Source of the DNA: Psychromonas sp.
GTDB lineage: Bacteria > Pseudomonadota > Gammaproteobacteria > Enterobacterales > Psychromonadaceae
Assembly (NCBI GenBank): GCA_028041985.1
Contig: JAOFNL010000001.1
Coordinates: forward strand, 1 to 56,363
DNA: 56,363 bases
Reading direction: 5' to 3'
Each line of letters begins with the position of its first letter. Positions within the stretch are counted from its first letter, which is position 1. The notes beneath the pieces are model-generated. The model was not told where the DNA came from. It searched no databases and worked only from the letters and a program-made list of their open reading frames with translations. The translations under genes were made by a program, and so were the position numbers. Positions 54,977-56,363 of the stretch are shown here, piece by piece.

Positions 54977-55537
54977 TTATTTTGTTTCGTTTTCTATCAA
55001 CCACATCTTAAATTGCTTTTTCTCCTCCGTTGTGGCGCGTTGATAGTGAGCAATTAATGATGTTGTTGAAGAGGGAGTATCTTCTTTAGTGATAACGTTT
55101 TGTTTATTATATTCTTCAATTAATTTTTCGATGTCACTAAATGGCATGATTCCATTTCCAATCAATTGAGATGATTGATTAACCTTATATTCACCTTCAT
55201 TATTGATAATAAACCAAGAAAGTCCATTTGCAATTTGTTCATCTGCTTGCCTTTCATTGGTTATTTTATTAGTACTAATTGTTGTATTTCCACTTACATT
55301 AACGTTGAAAATGTAAGGGGCGCTATCTATAAAATCTTGGTTACCGAAAGAGTTAATATATTTTGCGACAATTTGATGTTCTCCATCTTCTACTTCAATT
55401 TTATTTTTTCCAAAAAAAGATGTTTTAATTTTAACACCATTAACAGCTAAAATCGTAACATCGTCATTTGGTATAAGCTCACTCGACATAGTAAATGGAG
55501 ATACAGTTAACGCTAAAATTAATATCGTAAATTTCAT
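54977..55537 (-). CDS. DUF2057 (YccT-like) exported protein
   Basis: Signal peptide, ILAVNG, G.HQIV.KY, C-terminal L..HYQRAT.EEKKQFK.W. Confidence 0.7.
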   Translation of the reverse strand: MKFTILILALTVSPFTMSSELIPNDDVTILAVNGVKIKTSFFGKNKIEVEDGEHQIVAKYINSFGNQDFIDSAPYIFNVNVSGNTTISTNKITNERQADEQIANGLSWFIINNEGEYKVNQSSQLIGNGIMPFSDIEKLIEEYNKQNVITKEDTPSSTTSLIAHYQRATTEEKKQFKMWLIENETK

Positions 55538-55916
55538 GATTGATCCAAATTAATAGGTGATATGTTTACTTAAGAATAATATGACAGAACATTGAGTCCA
55601 TTGATATTAAGATCTGTGATCTATGGTTTATTTTTTAAAGTTGATGTTTCAAGTGTACAAAAACGAGTCATTTTTTCATGCCGTGTTTGATAAGAAAGGA
55701 ATTACAACATATTGTATTTATGATGTTTAGAACGACAGAGATAACGACTTAATTGAGTCCCATCTACTATGAGTTAATTTATAAAGGTATATTTTCAAAA
55801 GTGTATTGAGTCGTTACAATTTTTTCATACTATTTATAGCGACAAATAATGCATTAATATTAAATGATATTTGCTATTAAACTGCAAATATCATTGCAAA
55901 ATTTAGAGTTAGTAGA

Positions 55917-55970
55917 TTATACCAATTGTAGTAAGTAAAATAGATCAGCTATTTACTTCGATTGCTATTA
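55917..55970 (+). mobile_element. MITE-like repeat, 48-bp deletion derivative of subfamily 2 (copy 6) with TTA duplication
   Basis: TTA|TACCAATTGTAGTAAGTAAAATAGATCAGCTATTTACTTCGATTGCTA|TTA. Confidence 0.8.
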
Positions 55971-55972
55971 AT

Positions 55973-55999
55973 TAAAGTTTCTTTTTTTGTTGCCGATAA
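55973..55999 (+). promoter_or_regulatory. Sigma-28 (FliA) promoter
   Basis: TAAAGTTT-N11-GCCGATAA, exact extended consensus, 33 nt before the ATG at 56033. Confidence 0.85.
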
Positions 56000-56032
56000 T
56001 CTTTAATAATCATCTAATCAGGGAGAATTAAT

Positions 56033-56218
56033 ATGGATATGAATGTTGTAGGCAGTGTGCTAACTGAGCAAACAAAAATTAATACACTTGAAAAAGTAAA
56101 TGTGAGTTTATTAAAGGAAAGCAACAAGCAAGCAGAGCAGAAGGCAGCTCAATTAATAGACTCAATTCCACCTATGCCAGAAGGTAATAAAGGAAAAAAT
56201 ATTGATACGCATGTTTAA
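56033..56218 (+). CDS. 61-aa YjfB-like putative motility protein
   Basis: GGGAGA RBS; V.VSLLKE...QAEQ.AAQLIDSIP....GN.GKNID..V pattern; sigma-28 promoter. Confidence 0.7.
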   Translation: MDMNVVGSVLTEQTKINTLEKVNVSLLKESNKQAEQKAAQLIDSIPPMPEGNKGKNIDTHV

Positions 56219-56363
56219 AATTCGTCGCACTCATCATTAGTCCCGTTATTGTTCAAGGTGTTTTGTTCAGTCCTTAGCTTGGATTACAAATTAAGGCCTA
56301 ACATGGGGACAATGGCTAGTCTTTATTGAAGGTTGCAGCAGCATTGGTTTTCAGCTAACTACT

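Noticed and set aside
1661-55450. Short ORFs antisense to or nested in long genes (e.g. 1661-1858, 9791-10132, 15519-15878, 25566-25889, 32246-32938, 44477-44689, 55175-55450)
   Set aside because: They overlap well-supported genes, lack recognisable motifs and look like shadow frames
2219-55970. CRISPR array interpretation of the TACCAAT repeats
   Set aside because: Copies are dispersed kilobases apart, have no spacer structure and no cas genes are present
56236-56270. 6S RNA or Moco riboswitch (CACCTTGAAC on the minus strand; CCCGTTATTGTTCAAGGTG on the plus strand)
   Set aside because: Only a short match; the other conserved elements and the usual gene context are missing

Overview
An AT-rich chromosomal segment of a marine gammaproteobacterium; gene content suggests a Psychromonas/Colwellia-like Alteromonadales (inference). 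The left half is mostly housekeeping: metR (partial), moeA, aroG, cobQ, pdxH, epmC, tmaR, a frameshifted PIN-PhoH gene, a cysD-cysN-SLC13 permease-cysC-DHH operon, recX-radA-methyltransferase, and yhhQ with a preQ1-I riboswitch. The right half carries a complete omega-3 PUFA synthase locus (pfaR-pfaA-pfaB-pfaC-pfaD; six tandem ACPs; long PfaB). The PPTase pfaE and a probable Orf6/PfaT thioesterase lie about 22 kb away. Main observations not in the ORF track: (1) PfaR looks like a catalytically dead IS481-family transposase; (2) six copies of a palindromic miniature element (TACCAAT...ATTGGTA) with matched 3-bp TTA/TAA target duplications, covarying stems and deletion derivatives; (3) two +1 frameshifts in poly-G runs (phoH, ppiC); (4) a small membrane protein behind a perfect FNR box, a perfect sigma-28 promoter and a Pho box; (5) an uncharacterised outer-membrane barrel plus acidic 12-Cys lipoprotein pair, twin VF530 proteins and a MatP-like protein after the pfa locus. 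Family names come from motif recognition only; no database searches were run. No rRNA, tRNA or CRISPR array was seen.
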